Assembly (NCBI GenBank): GCA_035193785.1
Contig: CP136572.1
Location: forward strand, 3,604,578 to 3,668,577
Origin: Planktothrix sp. GU0601_MAG3
Lineage (GTDB): Bacteria; Cyanobacteriota; Cyanobacteriia; Cyanobacteriales; Microcoleaceae
DNA length: 64,000 nucleotides
Direction of reading: 5' to 3'
The stretch's first letter is position 1. Every line of letters starts with the position of its first letter. The notes beneath the pieces are model-generated. The model saw only the letters and a list, made by a program, of their open reading frames with translations. It had not been told where the DNA came from and did not search any database. Made by a program: the position numbers and the translations under genes. Shown here piece by piece: positions 34,766 through 45,330 of this stretch.

Positions 34766-36658
34766 CTACATATACGACATTGGTTTTTTACCAGCACCAC
34801 AGTTAGCGCATCTAACCCAACCCTGATCTCGATAGTTATTGCCATAATCTCTGAAACTATCTCTACTATCTACCGCTTCTCCGCATTTCCAACAGTGATT
34901 AATGTAAACATTGTAATTATGGTTACTGCCATCTAAACCAGAAGTATCATCAACTCGGTGGCTTGGAACACTATCTGGACAATGAAAAACAGTAATTGCG
35001 TATATTCTTGAGTATTTAGTATACTTAGGATCGAAATCCATGAACTTCTGGCAATAGCTGCATTGTAATCTGTTAGAGTTTCTTCTTATAAAATTCATCC
35101 ATTCTTGAATTTTTCTTATATAGTCTTCTGGGTTTAATCTAGTACCATCAGAAAAAGCAATATCTACATTTTTATTAGCTAGGAAATTTTCTAATCTTAA
35201 ATCCTTCAAGTTATCCAAGTCTATAGTATAACAAAGTGGGCTATTAAATATATTATACCCTGGATTATAACCATCTAAAAAAGGAGAAATTAAAGAAGTT
35301 TCTCCTTGACAATTAATTATTAATTTTAATAAAGATTTATGTATTTCCCAAAAAGAGATTTTATTATGAGAAAATAGATTGATAGCAAAAGATATTAGGG
35401 CATCATCATCCTGAGATATATTGTTAATTAAATTGTCAATACATACTTGTTCTTCAAAAGCTCGATACAAACTATAAATTTTCGCTTTCTTTGATAGTCG
35501 CTCCCACACATTTATTGGATCAGCCTGAAAAATGTTCCATATAGAATCTACTTGAACTTTTGGCTTAAATGACTGAAATATCTTTGATTCTCTCTTTAAA
35601 TTATTAGGAAGTAAGTGTATTAGGGTATTTTGTTCTTTTTCAGATAGCTCCATAATGTCTTGAGATAGTTCATTGACTATTTCTATAGAAAACTTGTTAA
35701 TTAAATTGTCAATACATACTTGTTCTTCAAAAGCTCTATACAAACTATACTTTTTCGCTTCCTTTGATAGTTGCTCCCACACATTTATTTGATCAGCTTT
35801 AAAAATATTCCATATAGAATCTACTTGAACTTTTGGCTTAAATGACTGGAAGATCTTTGATTCTATCTTTAAATTATTAGGAAGTAGGTGTATTATGCTA
35901 TTTTGTTGATCTTCAGAAAAATAAGTAATGTATTTAGATACTTCATCGACTATTTCTTCTCTTTTTTCTGTTTCTATAGACTCTTGATAAATCTGATCAT
36001 AGATATTCAAATGAGCGTCTATCGTTAATGTTCTTAATAGCATTAATTTATAGAGTTTATTACGAAGGTTTTTTGATTCAACATAAAGCCGTATGGGAAT
36101 ATTATTATAGAGCTTTAAATAATCTTCCGTTGTTAATTGCTCTAGCTTCGCAAGAAGCTCTTTTGATTCTAAATAAAGTCTGCTAGGGATACTTTTTAGA
36201 AAATCAATCTTTTTCTCTGTTCCTCTCTCAAATTCAGATTTATCTTGTTTAGCCGAGGGATTTAAAAGCTTTATCAAGTTCAATTTTTTGAAGCACAGTT
36301 TTATGAGTTGATCTTCGTTTTCATTTTGCCTCAGAGCAAGTTTTAAATATCTCTTAAAAAATCGTAGCCAAAAACGATCTTTGTTACTTTTAGCGCATAT
36401 TGATAAAGTTTCTAAATCACTATTTTTTGTTACTAGCTCAATATTAATTGCTTCCGGTTCGGACTTGTCCTTTTGATGTTCAAGTTCAAATATAACAAAA
36501 ACTCCTGGTTTTATCAAGGATTCATTGCCTAGAATCCCATTTGTGTAGAAAGAATATTCCTGAGTTTCAGTAACAGATACAGAGCCAAAATACTTTACTT
36601 TACCAGTTTTTGAACGTAAGCTTCTATAGCGACTGACCCGCCCAACTACTTTAGTCAT
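34766..36658 (-). CDS. Hypothetical 630-aa protein: OB/cold-shock-like N-terminus, duplicated 91-aa unit, Cys-rich C-terminus
   Basis: Long AT-rich ORF; 273-bp internal duplication (35421/35694); CSYC, HC, HCWKC, CANC. Confidence 0.75.
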   Translation of the reverse strand: MTKVVGRVSRYRSLRSKTGKVKYFGSVSVTETQEYSFYTNGILGNESLIKPGVFVIFELEHQKDKSEPEAINIELVTKNSDLETLSICAKSNKDRFWLRFFKRYLKLALRQNENEDQLIKLCFKKLNLIKLLNPSAKQDKSEFERGTEKKIDFLKSIPSRLYLESKELLAKLEQLTTEDYLKLYNNIPIRLYVESKNLRNKLYKLMLLRTLTIDAHLNIYDQIYQESIETEKREEIVDEVSKYITYFSEDQQNSIIHLLPNNLKIESKIFQSFKPKVQVDSIWNIFKADQINVWEQLSKEAKKYSLYRAFEEQVCIDNLINKFSIEIVNELSQDIMELSEKEQNTLIHLLPNNLKRESKIFQSFKPKVQVDSIWNIFQADPINVWERLSKKAKIYSLYRAFEEQVCIDNLINNISQDDDALISFAINLFSHNKISFWEIHKSLLKLIINCQGETSLISPFLDGYNPGYNIFNSPLCYTIDLDNLKDLRLENFLANKNVDIAFSDGTRLNPEDYIRKIQEWMNFIRRNSNRLQCSYCQKFMDFDPKYTKYSRIYAITVFHCPDSVPSHRVDDTSGLDGSNHNYNVYINHCWKCGEAVDSRDSFRDYGNNYRDQGWVRCANCGAGKKPMSYM

Positions 36659-36812
36659 AAACCTGCACTGAATAATCCTAGTTAATACAAAGAATATTAT
36701 ATATTACAAGAAGTTTTATTCAGTATTAATCGGCATCAACGTTAACGTGGTTTCTTTGATCGCTGACGGTTCAGTTAACATCAATGCTCTTAACTCTTAC
36801 ACTGATAACTGA

Positions 36813-36839
36813 GTAAGGGCGGGGGAACCCCGCCCCTAC
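36813..36839. repeat. REP-like palindrome
   Basis: GTAAGGGCGGGGGAACCCCGCCCCTAC. Confidence 0.75.
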
Positions 36840-36845
36840 AACTGG

Positions 36846-38064
36846 TTAAACAACGTGGCTTAATGGCAAACGCTGTTCCTGTAATAAATCTCGATAGAGA
36901 TGTTCCAACTGAGTGATATTTTGACTCAGGGTATAGCGTTCTAAGACCCGTTGACGGGCTTTTTGACCCACTAGAGGAATCATTTCAGGATGATCTCGTA
37001 ATAGGGGTAATAGGGTTCGCAGTTGGGAAGTTACGCCCTGGGTTTTCATAATAATTCCCGCGCCGCCTTCCATTACTTCCCCATCGGCCCCCGCATCCGT
37101 CGCCACACAAGCTGTGCCGCAGGACATTGCCTCTAATAACGAGATCGATAACCCTTCCACCATCGACGGTAAAACAAAGACATCAGACCCCCGCAGAATT
37201 TCAATCCGTCGGTCTTCATCCCCAATGAACCCAAACCAGATAATCCCATCCTCTGACCCGTAGGAGGCTTGGAGAGAGGGAGCTAAGGGCCCATCACCAA
37301 CGATGACTAACAGACAACCCGGCCCCATATTGCACTTTTTCCAGGCTTTGAGTAGGGACTCTACGTTCTTTTCCGTAGCCAAACGGCCTTGATAAACAAA
37401 AACCCGTTCCGCCCCTAATTCCTCCTTAAAGCTCGATGGCCCGGGAGAATATTTCGACCCATCGACTCCATTAGGAATAACTGCTACCCGGTGTTTTTCG
37501 ACTCCTAGACGGTTTAACATCTCCCGTTGAAACCTGGGAAAAGACAATCACACGGTCATAGTTTGCCAAAAAAGGCGCGTAGATTTGATAGGTTAAATGT
37601 TGTGTCCCCGATTGGAAATTTCGCAATTTGTGGTCAAAGGGCGTGTGAAAGGTCGCCACCAGGGGGATATTCAGTTCTGCACAAATTTCAGGTAAGACAA
37701 AATCCAACGGTGAAAGGGTCAGGGACGCATGAACCAAATCAGGTTTCAACCGTTTCAGGGACTTGGTTAGGACTTTACTAGAACTGAGGGTGGGAATTGT
37801 ATAGACTTGAGACTTATACAGACAGGGTAAAGACACCTCCTGAGTCATGGGAAAGGGTGTCACCTTGCCATTTTTGTCCTCAGTGGAGATTTTCCAGTTA
37901 CCGTTTTCCAGTTGCCATTCTGGGTTGCGGTCGTTTGTTCCTTCCTGAGCAAAGTGCAGAAAGCTAACTCGATGGCCCCGGTCTAACAGGGCGTTAGTGA
38001 TTTCCCGGGAATAAGTGACGTTACCGCAAAAGGGTGATTTTTTTCCAAGCCAAGCAATGTGCAT
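36846..38064 (-). CDS. dgdA: GT4 glycosyltransferase, probably digalactosyldiacylglycerol synthase (fs 37529)
   Basis: MHIAWLGKKSPFCGNVTYSREITNALLDRGH N-terminus as I recall for DgdA/Ycf82; GRLATEKN, EGLSISLLEAM. Confidence 0.72.
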
Positions 38065-38340
38065 TCAAGTGATTTGGAATTTATTAAAATGGGTTTGATG
38101 AGCATGACTTTACCACGATTACCGCGTTCTGTCCTTAGATTAGTCCTTATATCTCAGATCAGCCACTCCATCCTCTATCCTGGGGAATAGGAAGCCGAAT
38201 TACGGCTTCTGGGTTCGATATTCCGGTCGTTGTATTGCGTTTTGTGAAAAATCTGAAAATGAGGGTGCGATCGCCTGGTAAGATCAACTGTTGATTTTTA
38301 CCAACAGTCAATATTTACACTCGTTAGGTTTGGAGGAATA

Positions 38341-38472
38341 ATGGACGCAATTACAAGTTTTTTGGGTGATATCAACTTTGAGCTTATTGCCCAGCTTACA
38401 ATGTTAGGTCTGATTGTGGTTGCTGGCCCGGCAGTCATTATTTTACTAGCTTTTCGTGGCGGCGATCTCTAA
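38341..38472 (+). CDS. psb30: Photosystem II subunit Psb30/Ycf12 (below ORF-track cutoff)
   Basis: [51 protein letters not shown]. Confidence 0.93.
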   Translation: MDAITSFLGDINFELIAQLTMLGLIVVAGPAVIILLAFRGGDL

Positions 38473-38524
38473 TCAAGATTACGGAGACGTTGGTGGCAAC
38501 GTCTCTAGTTAATTCAATCTTAAT

Positions 38525-38927
38525 TTAATCTTGAATATAATCCGATCCCGAAATTAAGGCAATTTCAGCCCGCACAAACTCCCGTCCCAGATACAACGCA
38601 TGATCCAAACAACTGACCGGACAGGGCTGGGTTTCTTCAGTAATTTTAATCCCTAATTCCTTAGCGGTTTTTCCGGTAAAAATAGCCGTAGGTTTCGCGC
38701 TTCAAACTTCCCGTACAAGGGAAAGGTTCTCCGGTTTCAGGATCAACAGCTAATCCTTTTTCATTGATAGCATTGGTGTAGTGTTCGGCACAGATTAATC
38801 CTGCTTCTCGATTAATATAAATAATGAAATATCCCGCCGGATCAAGATGAATAAAACGATTAGAAAGCTGATCGTCTAAGGCGGCGAGTGCCTTGGTGTT
38901 AGCAGTAGTTGTAGGTTGAGGAGACAC
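38525..38927 (-). CDS. DUF4346-domain protein (fs 38692)
   Basis: LSNRFIHLDPAGYFII, GLAVDPETGE, repaired GKTAKELG...LDHALYLGREF...YIQD*. Confidence 0.82.
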
Positions 38928-39002
38928 GGTATTATTAATGAAATGATAAATTAAGCTGTCTATAGTTTATCTTATTTCCCGCCTAAATTTTCATCAAACC
39001 CC

Positions 39003-39177
39003 GTAGGGGCGGGTTCGAGTCAACCCAGAAAACTCACCCCAAAACCCACTAAACCCGACCCGACCCCAACACAATCTTAATTAATTAACCGTTAATTGTA
39101 GATTTCCATGAGCGAGTAGGGCGGGTTGATTAAAATTATTTGTGACAATTCAAGATTATTACAGAACCCGCCCCTAC
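39003..39177. repeat. Two GTAGGG(G)CGGGTT-type REP/REPIN elements
   Basis: 39003 GTAGGGGCGGGTT...AAACCCG; 39116-39177 GTAGGGCGGGTT...AACCCGCCCCTAC. Confidence 0.7.
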
Positions 39178-39244
39178 AATATTTTGTGAAAGCGAGAATA
39201 TTTAATTAACCTCATGAAGAATTTATACTAAATTTGTAGATATC

Positions 39245-39736
39245 TTAAAAATATTGAATGATTAACGGCTTTTCTGGAATAAATCGAGATTGAAAGGTAT
39301 CTTTTTTCCCCACGGCTTTAAAATTAGAAATATTCAGAGGAATATCTAAGGGTTTGAGGTCGGTGACTTCCCAAAAAATAGCAAAATTGGGGGCATCATT
39401 GGCGGCTGTCGCCGGACGATATTTCATTCCTTGGGGATGGCGACCTCGGCGCGAGTCTACATGACCAATATATAGCGCTTGCCAGGTGACTTTAGGAATA
39501 AAGGAACGATTTTCTTGCAAAGTTGCATAGATAAAAACTTTAACGATCCGATCATTTCGGTCTTGGTCAAGTTTGCGGAAAACTTCAAAATCTTGACTCC
39601 CAAATGCTACTTTTCCTTCCTGTTCACAAACATCCTGACCGGAAAGCAAATGAATTTCAGGTACGGGCACAAGCAGTGAAAAATTACGGGTTATCGGTTT
39701 TACAGTAGAATCGTGCATCAGCATCCTTTTCAACAC
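39245..39736 (-). CDS. Hypothetical protein
   Basis: 163-aa ORF with globular composition; start uncertain. Confidence 0.65.
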   Translation of the reverse strand: MLKRMLMHDSTVKPITRNFSLLVPVPEIHLLSGQDVCEQEGKVAFGSQDFEVFRKLDQDRNDRIVKVFIYATLQENRSFIPKVTWQALYIGHVDSRRGRHPQGMKYRPATAANDAPNFAIFWEVTDLKPLDIPLNISNFKAVGKKDTFQSRFIPEKPLIIQYF

Positions 39737-39805
39737 AAGATAATTAAATTATCCCATCTTTAGGTCAGAAAAAACAGGGAATGCCACTATCAAATCAATT
39801 AAGGG

Positions 39806-41545
39806 TTAAAGGGAAACCCTTTGAGATAGTTCTTTGATGGCTTGATCGGTGCTTAAAAAAATGCGATCTCGTCCTAATTTATCCACAAACCCAATTTTTT
39901 CTAATTTATCAAAAACCGGGCCTTTGACCTCAGAAAGATAAAACTCAATTCCCATCTGGTGTAAATCCTCTATCAGACGTTGTAGGGTTTCTAAAGCACT
40001 GCCATCAATCGAGTTAATCCCACTACAAACTAACAGTAAATATTCGACTTCTTTTTGTTCTGTTACCAATTTTAATAAATAATTTTCTAAATATTTGGTA
40101 TTCACAAAATATAAACTTTCATCAATTCGTATCGCCAAAATATGGGGGATAGTCGTTACCGGATGGCGTAAAATATTGCGAAAATGTTCCGTATTTTCCA
40201 CCCGTCCTAAAATAGCAATATGGGGTTTACTGGTTCGGGCTAAATGTAAAACTAGAGAAATCAATACTCCCAAAATAATTCCCTGTTCCGCACCCGTTAG
40301 CAACACCGCAACAAAGGTACTACCCCAGGTAATTCCATCTAGTTTATTATAGTTCCATAAGCGTTTTAGGGTAGAAAAGTCAAGTAAATTTCCCACCGCT
40401 ACTAAAATAATTGCGGCTAAACTTGTTTGAGGTAAATAATAAAATAAAGGGGTAAAAAACAAAACAGTTAACATCAAAAATAATGCCGTAATAATTGATG
40501 CTAAGGCTGTATTTGCCCCAGATGAAAAGTTAACCACAGAACGACTTAACCCTCCTGTTATGGGATAGCCTCCGGTGAATGCAGCCGTTATATTCGAGGC
40601 TCCTAAAGCAATTAATTCTTGATTTGCCTCAACTTTTTGGCGTTTTTTACTGGCTAAAAACTGACCGACGGAAAAGGCTTCCATAAACCCAACAAAACTA
40701 ATGGCTAGGGCGGAAGTTCCTAATAATTTGATATGGTTTAAATCAAAATTAGGTATAGTAAAAGGTGGAAATCCTTTAGGAATTTCTCCGATTACTTTCA
40801 CCCCAAAGGCTTGATCTAAATGTAATAAACCCACTAATATTGAACTCCCAATCACTACCATTAAAGGGGCACTTTTAGTGATCGGAATAATCAGAGATTC
40901 CTTAATTTCTTTTTGTTTTAGATGTTGTCCTAATCCTTGATTAAAATATAATAATAGTGCTAAACTAATAATTCCCAAACCAAGAGTTACTACATTTAGA
41001 TTAGGGGTTTCTTTAATGATAGCAATAACCGTACTAAAAAAAGATTCTGTTTGAGGAATTTTAATTCCCAAAAGATGCTTTAATTGGCTAAACCCAATTA
41101 AAATCGCCGCCGCACTAATAAACCCAGAAATTACCGATTGACTAAGGAAATTAGCGATAAATCCTAACCGAAAAATCCCGATTAAGAGTTCAATAATTCC
41201 GACTAATAATGCTAAGGTTAAGGCATATCCCCAATATTCCGGTGTGTTTTCGCTGGCGATCGCACTAACCGCCGTTGCTACCATTAAGGAATCCACCGCC
41301 ACCGGAGCAACAGATAGCATGGAAGCTGTTCCCAAAAACCCATAAACAATCTGAGGAAAAATACTAGCATAGAGTCCCACTTCCGGGGGTAAACCTGCCA
41401 GCATTGCATAGGCCATTCCCTGGGGAACTAATAAACTAGCCACAATAATTCCGGCGGTTAAATCTCCAGTTAAATCGTCTCTTTTGTAATTTAATCCCCA
41501 ATCTAAAATCGGCAAATATTCCCGTATTCTTCCTAACTTACCCAC
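39806..41545 (-). CDS. SulP/SLC26 sulfate permease with STAS domain
   Basis: GDLTAGI, PQGMAYAMLAGLPP, GGLSRS, RIDESLYF, IDGSAL; GTG start overlapping the upstream stop. Confidence 0.93.
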   Translation of the reverse strand: MGKLGRIREYLPILDWGLNYKRDDLTGDLTAGIIVASLLVPQGMAYAMLAGLPPEVGLYASIFPQIVYGFLGTASMLSVAPVAVDSLMVATAVSAIASENTPEYWGYALTLALLVGIIELLIGIFRLGFIANFLSQSVISGFISAAAILIGFSQLKHLLGIKIPQTESFFSTVIAIIKETPNLNVVTLGLGIISLALLLYFNQGLGQHLKQKEIKESLIIPITKSAPLMVVIGSSILVGLLHLDQAFGVKVIGEIPKGFPPFTIPNFDLNHIKLLGTSALAISFVGFMEAFSVGQFLASKKRQKVEANQELIALGASNITAAFTGGYPITGGLSRSVVNFSSGANTALASIITALFLMLTVLFFTPLFYYLPQTSLAAIILVAVGNLLDFSTLKRLWNYNKLDGITWGSTFVAVLLTGAEQGIILGVLISLVLHLARTSKPHIAILGRVENTEHFRNILRHPVTTIPHILAIRIDESLYFVNTKYLENYLLKLVTEQKEVEYLLLVCSGINSIDGSALETLQRLIEDLHQMGIEFYLSEVKGPVFDKLEKIGFVDKLGRDRIFLSTDQAIKELSQRVSL

Positions 41546-42077
41546 GCTGATTATAAGGTAATTTTGCCAATAATATTGCCATAGCACAGGTATTACTAAT
41601 TCCCGCAAATAGCAATCCGGCTCCGACAAAACCACTTAAAAATAGGAAGTTGGGAGAAACAAATGCCCCTAATAAGGTTCCGATTAAAACTAATGATCCG
41701 GCAATAATTTGCACCTGTCGCATAATACTAATGGGGGCATTTTTATTAACAACTGTAGGATATCCCGCTTGTTTCCACGCATTTAATCCCCCTTGTAGGT
41801 GTATCACTTGTTCAAATCCTGATCCCAATAATTTCTGAGCCGCTTGACCACTACGGTTACTGGTTTGACAATACAAAACAATCGGTTTAGAAGTATCCTG
41901 GGGTATATTTGCGGGGGCAAAAGTAGATAAGGGAACTAGAATTGATCCAGCAATATATTCCCCGGCGTGTTCAGAAGGTTCTCGAACATCAATCAGTGTA
42001 ATTTTGTCTTGATCTAGCCATTGTTTTAAGGTTTGAGAATCAATGGACTGTAAGCGATCGCCAATAGATTTAACCAT
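41538..42077 (-). CDS. Rhodanese + DUF2892 membrane sulfurtransferase (YgaP-like)
   Basis: LIDVREP, YCQTSNRS, LQGGLNAW, RQVQIIAGSL, FVGAGL, CAMA. Confidence 0.9.
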   Translation of the reverse strand: MVKSIGDRLQSIDSQTLKQWLDQDKITLIDVREPSEHAGEYIAGSILVPLSTFAPANIPQDTSKPIVLYCQTSNRSGQAAQKLLGSGFEQVIHLQGGLNAWKQAGYPTVVNKNAPISIMRQVQIIAGSLVLIGTLLGAFVSPNFLFLSGFVGAGLLFAGISNTCAMAILLAKLPYNQRG

Positions 42078-42180
42078 ATTTTTAGAATTGATTAATTTAG
42101 TAATTTGGATTAACCCGACCTATTTTATTATACAATATCTTGATCGGATATTTAAAGTGAACTTCAAAAATATTATCACC

Positions 42181-42513
42181 TTAATCTTTATTTCCACACT
42201 GTTGATTGGCGGGAACGGCTTCAGCAATTTTTTTCGGATTAGGTAAATTTAGGTTACTCATCATTTTAATAAAACTATCTCGATCATGGCCCACAAAACG
42301 GGGATTAAATTGTTTTTCTTCTCTAATAGTAGAAACCGTTCTTCCTTGATAATCGTGACCAGGATAGACGGCGGTTTGATCGGGAAGGGCAAATAATTTT
42401 TGGGTAATATTATCATAGAGTAACCCGGCATCTCCATTTTGAAAATCCGTGCGTCCACAGCCTCTAATTAATAAGGAATCTCCGGTTAAAATGCGATCGC
42501 CATTTACTAAAAT
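42181..42513 (-). pseudogene. 3' half of an ETHE1-like persulfide dioxygenase (MBL fold)
   Basis: ILTGDSLLIRGCGRTDFQNGDAG...VYPGHDYQG...LPNPKKIAEAVPANQQCG*; no start and no HxHxDH half upstream. Confidence 0.8.
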
Positions 42514-42870
42514 CGATTGATGTTGATGTGGCGGTGGTTAATAGCACGCTACCCGATTTGAATTTACTCAGGTTTATCCCCATGGTGAGGAAGCTGCGGG
42601 TGGGTTTCTATGTAGGGATTTATCAAGATCCGACAATTGCCCACTTAATTGTAACACCAATAACCCCAGAATAAATTTTTATTTTAATGTGAACGAAGGA
42701 AATAGATTAATTTATGGGATCTCCTTAGTATCAGGAGAGCAAAATAGGTGAGTATTTAATCTAAAATTTTCACTGGGACGGGATGCTTTACAAAAATTTA
42801 TGTTATCCTACAATCAATAGAGATTCCACCGCAGAGATTGATCAAACATTATTAGATTGAGGAAATTTTC

Positions 42871-43720
42871 ATGACATCTCAAGTCGCAACTTCGCCGGAA
42901 AATGAACCAAAATTAAGCGGTTTAACAGTTGCGTTTTTCGGTATTATCCATTTGGTGGCTTTATTAGCACCTTGGTTTTTTTCTTGGTCAGCGTTAGGAA
43001 TTACGATATTTCTACACTGGTTTTTTGGCAGTATTGGAATTTGTTTAGGCTACCATCGTTTATTAAGTCATCGCAGCCTGAAGGTTCCCCAATGGTTGGA
43101 ATATACGATTACCTTAATTGGGATCTGTGCCTTACAAGGAGGGCCAATTTTTTGGGTCGCTGGCCATCGTTTGCACCATGCCCATACCGAACATGAAGAT
43201 AAAGATCCCTACTCTGCAAAACGGGGATTTTGGTGGAGTCACATGATGTGGATTTTTTATCCTCGTCCATCCTTTTTTGATGCGGAACACTACAAACGAT
43301 TTGCACCGGATTTAGCGCGAGATCCCTTTTACTGTTGGTTAGATCGCTATCATCTGTTAATGCAAATTCCCGTGGCTTTACTGCTTTATGCGCTCGGCGG
43401 TTGGTCATGGGTAATTTATGGGGTATTTGTCCGGGCTGTGGTGTTATGGCATAGTACCTGGTTGATTAATTCAGTAACTCATATGTGGGGATACCGCAGC
43501 TTTGACACCGATGATAATTCTCGGAATCTTTGGTGGGCGGCGATTTTCACCTATGGGGAAGGCTGGCATAATAACCATCACGCCTATCCGAATGTGGCGA
43601 AAGCGGGACTGAAATGGTGGGAAACTCGATATGACTTGGTGGTCAATTTGGGTTCTGAAAACCCTTGGTCTGGCCCAGAAAGTGGTGATGCCCCCGACTC
43701 AACGGGCGAAGCAAGCCTAA
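42871..43720 (+). CDS. desC: Delta-9 acyl-lipid desaturase (fs 43621)
   Basis: His boxes HRLLSH, HRLHH, HNNHH; repaired WWELDMTWWSI...QA*. Confidence 0.88.
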
Positions 43721-43734
43721 GAATCGGGAATAGG

Positions 43735-43777
43735 AAACCCGCCCCCGAACACAGTTATCGGATGGGCGGGTTTTTTA
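43735..43777. terminator. Hairpin terminator between convergent genes
   Basis: AAACCCGCCC...GGGCGGGTTTTTT. Confidence 0.75.
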
Positions 43778-43798
43778 TGGCAATCTGGGGAAAACGGG

Positions 43799-44512
43799 TT
43801 AGGCTGCGATCGCTTCTTCGTAAACCATAAAGCTCTTTTTGGTCACGCCACAAATCGGACAATGCCAATCTTCGGGAATGGCTTCAAAGGGTGTTCCCGC
43901 GGCAATACCCGAATCAGGATCACCGATCACAGGATCGTAAATCATCGAACATTGGCGACAAATCCATTTTTGTGTTTGAGGCTCGGAACTAGCGGCTTTG
44001 GGGGTCGTATCCCCACCGTGTAGTGTGTTCAGGGCTTCTGTATATTGGTCGGCGTGATGATGTTCAATTGGAACCAACAGGCCAAAGTTCGAGGCAGCTT
44101 TGCGGAAAATCCCGGCGTGTTCCCGGGACTCGGCCTCTTGCTCTTCAAATTCACTCACCGCCTGCTGATCTCGATCAACTCTGGCTTGGGCGGCAAATTC
44201 GGGGTACATGGTGGTGTATTCGTAGGTTTCCCCTTCAATCGCCAATTCCAGACACCGGGCGGCAATTTTTTTCTTTTCTTCGTCGGATAGGGCATCGGGG
44301 TCGGTGACGACTAATTCAGGGTGCATGAGGCGGAAATGGGCGAAGGCGTGTTCTGTTTCTTGATTGGCGGTTTCCCGAAACAGTTTGGACAAATCCCCCA
44401 GCCCGAGTTTTTTAGTGACCTCTGCGAAAAACAGATATTTGCGGTTGGCCATTGATTCTCCACCGAAGGCGGCTTCGATATTTTTGGCGGTTTCTGCGTT
44501 GGATAAGTCCAT
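43799..44512 (-). CDS. Rubrerythrin with C-terminal rubredoxin domain
   Basis: AFGGESMANRKY, QETEHA, EGETYEYTTMYP, ESREH; CRQC...WHCPIC. Confidence 0.92.
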   Translation of the reverse strand: MDLSNAETAKNIEAAFGGESMANRKYLFFAEVTKKLGLGDLSKLFRETANQETEHAFAHFRLMHPELVVTDPDALSDEEKKKIAARCLELAIEGETYEYTTMYPEFAAQARVDRDQQAVSEFEEQEAESREHAGIFRKAASNFGLLVPIEHHHADQYTEALNTLHGGDTTPKAASSEPQTQKWICRQCSMIYDPVIGDPDSGIAAGTPFEAIPEDWHCPICGVTKKSFMVYEEAIAA

Positions 44513-44541
44513 TGTGTCTTCTATTATTGATCTCATTGCAT

Positions 44542-44573
44542 CTAAGAATAATTCTTAGTTTTAAATTTGTCAA
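44542..44573 (-). promoter_or_regulatory. Rubrerythrin promoter with a Per/Fur-like operator
   Basis: TTGACA-N17-TATTCT on minus strand; perfect 8-1-8 palindrome CTAAGAAT-A-ATTCTTAG overlaps the -10. Confidence 0.7.
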
Positions 44574-44655
44574 GGGTAAGAATGAAGTTGATCTAAAGTT
44601 CAGTTACTTAAAATAAATGTTATGATCTGTAAAGGAAGATTCAATACAGCAAGCT

Positions 44656-45079
44656 ATGGAAGGTCAAAATAGAACCACCGAGATCAGCCAAAAGATGAAA
44701 CAGAAGGGGTTACGCATTACCCCCCAACGGTTTGCGGTTTATGCCAATCTCTTGTCTCGTTACGATCATCCGACGGTGGATGATATTCTCACCGAGATTA
44801 ATCGGGAACTTCCTATCGCTTCTAAAGCTAGTGTTTATAGTGCTTTGACGGTTTCTGCGATCGGTGGGATTAGTCCGAGAGGTGCTACTGGATGAAGGAA
44901 TAACTCGCTATGATGCCAAGGTGGAACCCCATCACCATTTTGTCTGTGAATGTTGCGGTCAAATTCAGGATTTAGAGTGGGACGTCCTGGGTGATTTGCC
45001 GATTGACCCCTTACCCCCAGGATTTCGGGTGAATACCTATGAAATCACGGTTAAGGGCTGTTGCGATCGCTGTGATTAA
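44656..45079 (+). CDS. perR: Fur-family regulator, PerR-like (fs 44851)
   Basis: GLRITPQR, DHPT, HHHFVCECCG, GCCDRC; divergent from rubrerythrin. Confidence 0.8.
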
Positions 45080-45223
45080 TGGGTAATGGGTAATGGGTAA
45101 TGGGTAATGGGTAATGGGTAATGGGTAATGGGTAATGGGTAATGGGTAATGGGTAATGGGTAATGGGTAATGGGTAATGGGTAATGGGTAATGGGTAATG
45201 GGTAATGGGTAATGGGTAATGGG
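45077..45223 (+). repeat. STRR (TAATGGG)x21
   Basis: Perfect 147-bp heptamer run beginning at the perR stop codon. Confidence 0.95.
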
Positions 45224-45330
45224 GGGATGAATCTTCTCTACTGATCTTCTACGGAGTTATCAAATTGCTGAAACTGGCATTCTGATCGGAACACCTGTTA
45301 GAATAGGGGAAATGTTACGAAACGTAACTT

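Noticed and set aside
39806..42513. Sulfur operon as the supplier for phosphorothioation
   Set aside because: SulP, rhodanese and ETHE1-like genes form a common sulfur-handling cluster; Dnd systems use DndA/IscS and no link is visible.
45077..45223. Telomere-like (TAATGGG)21 as a novel element
   Set aside because: Ordinary STRR heptamer of filamentous cyanobacteria, also at 60537; G-quadruplex potential cannot be assessed here.
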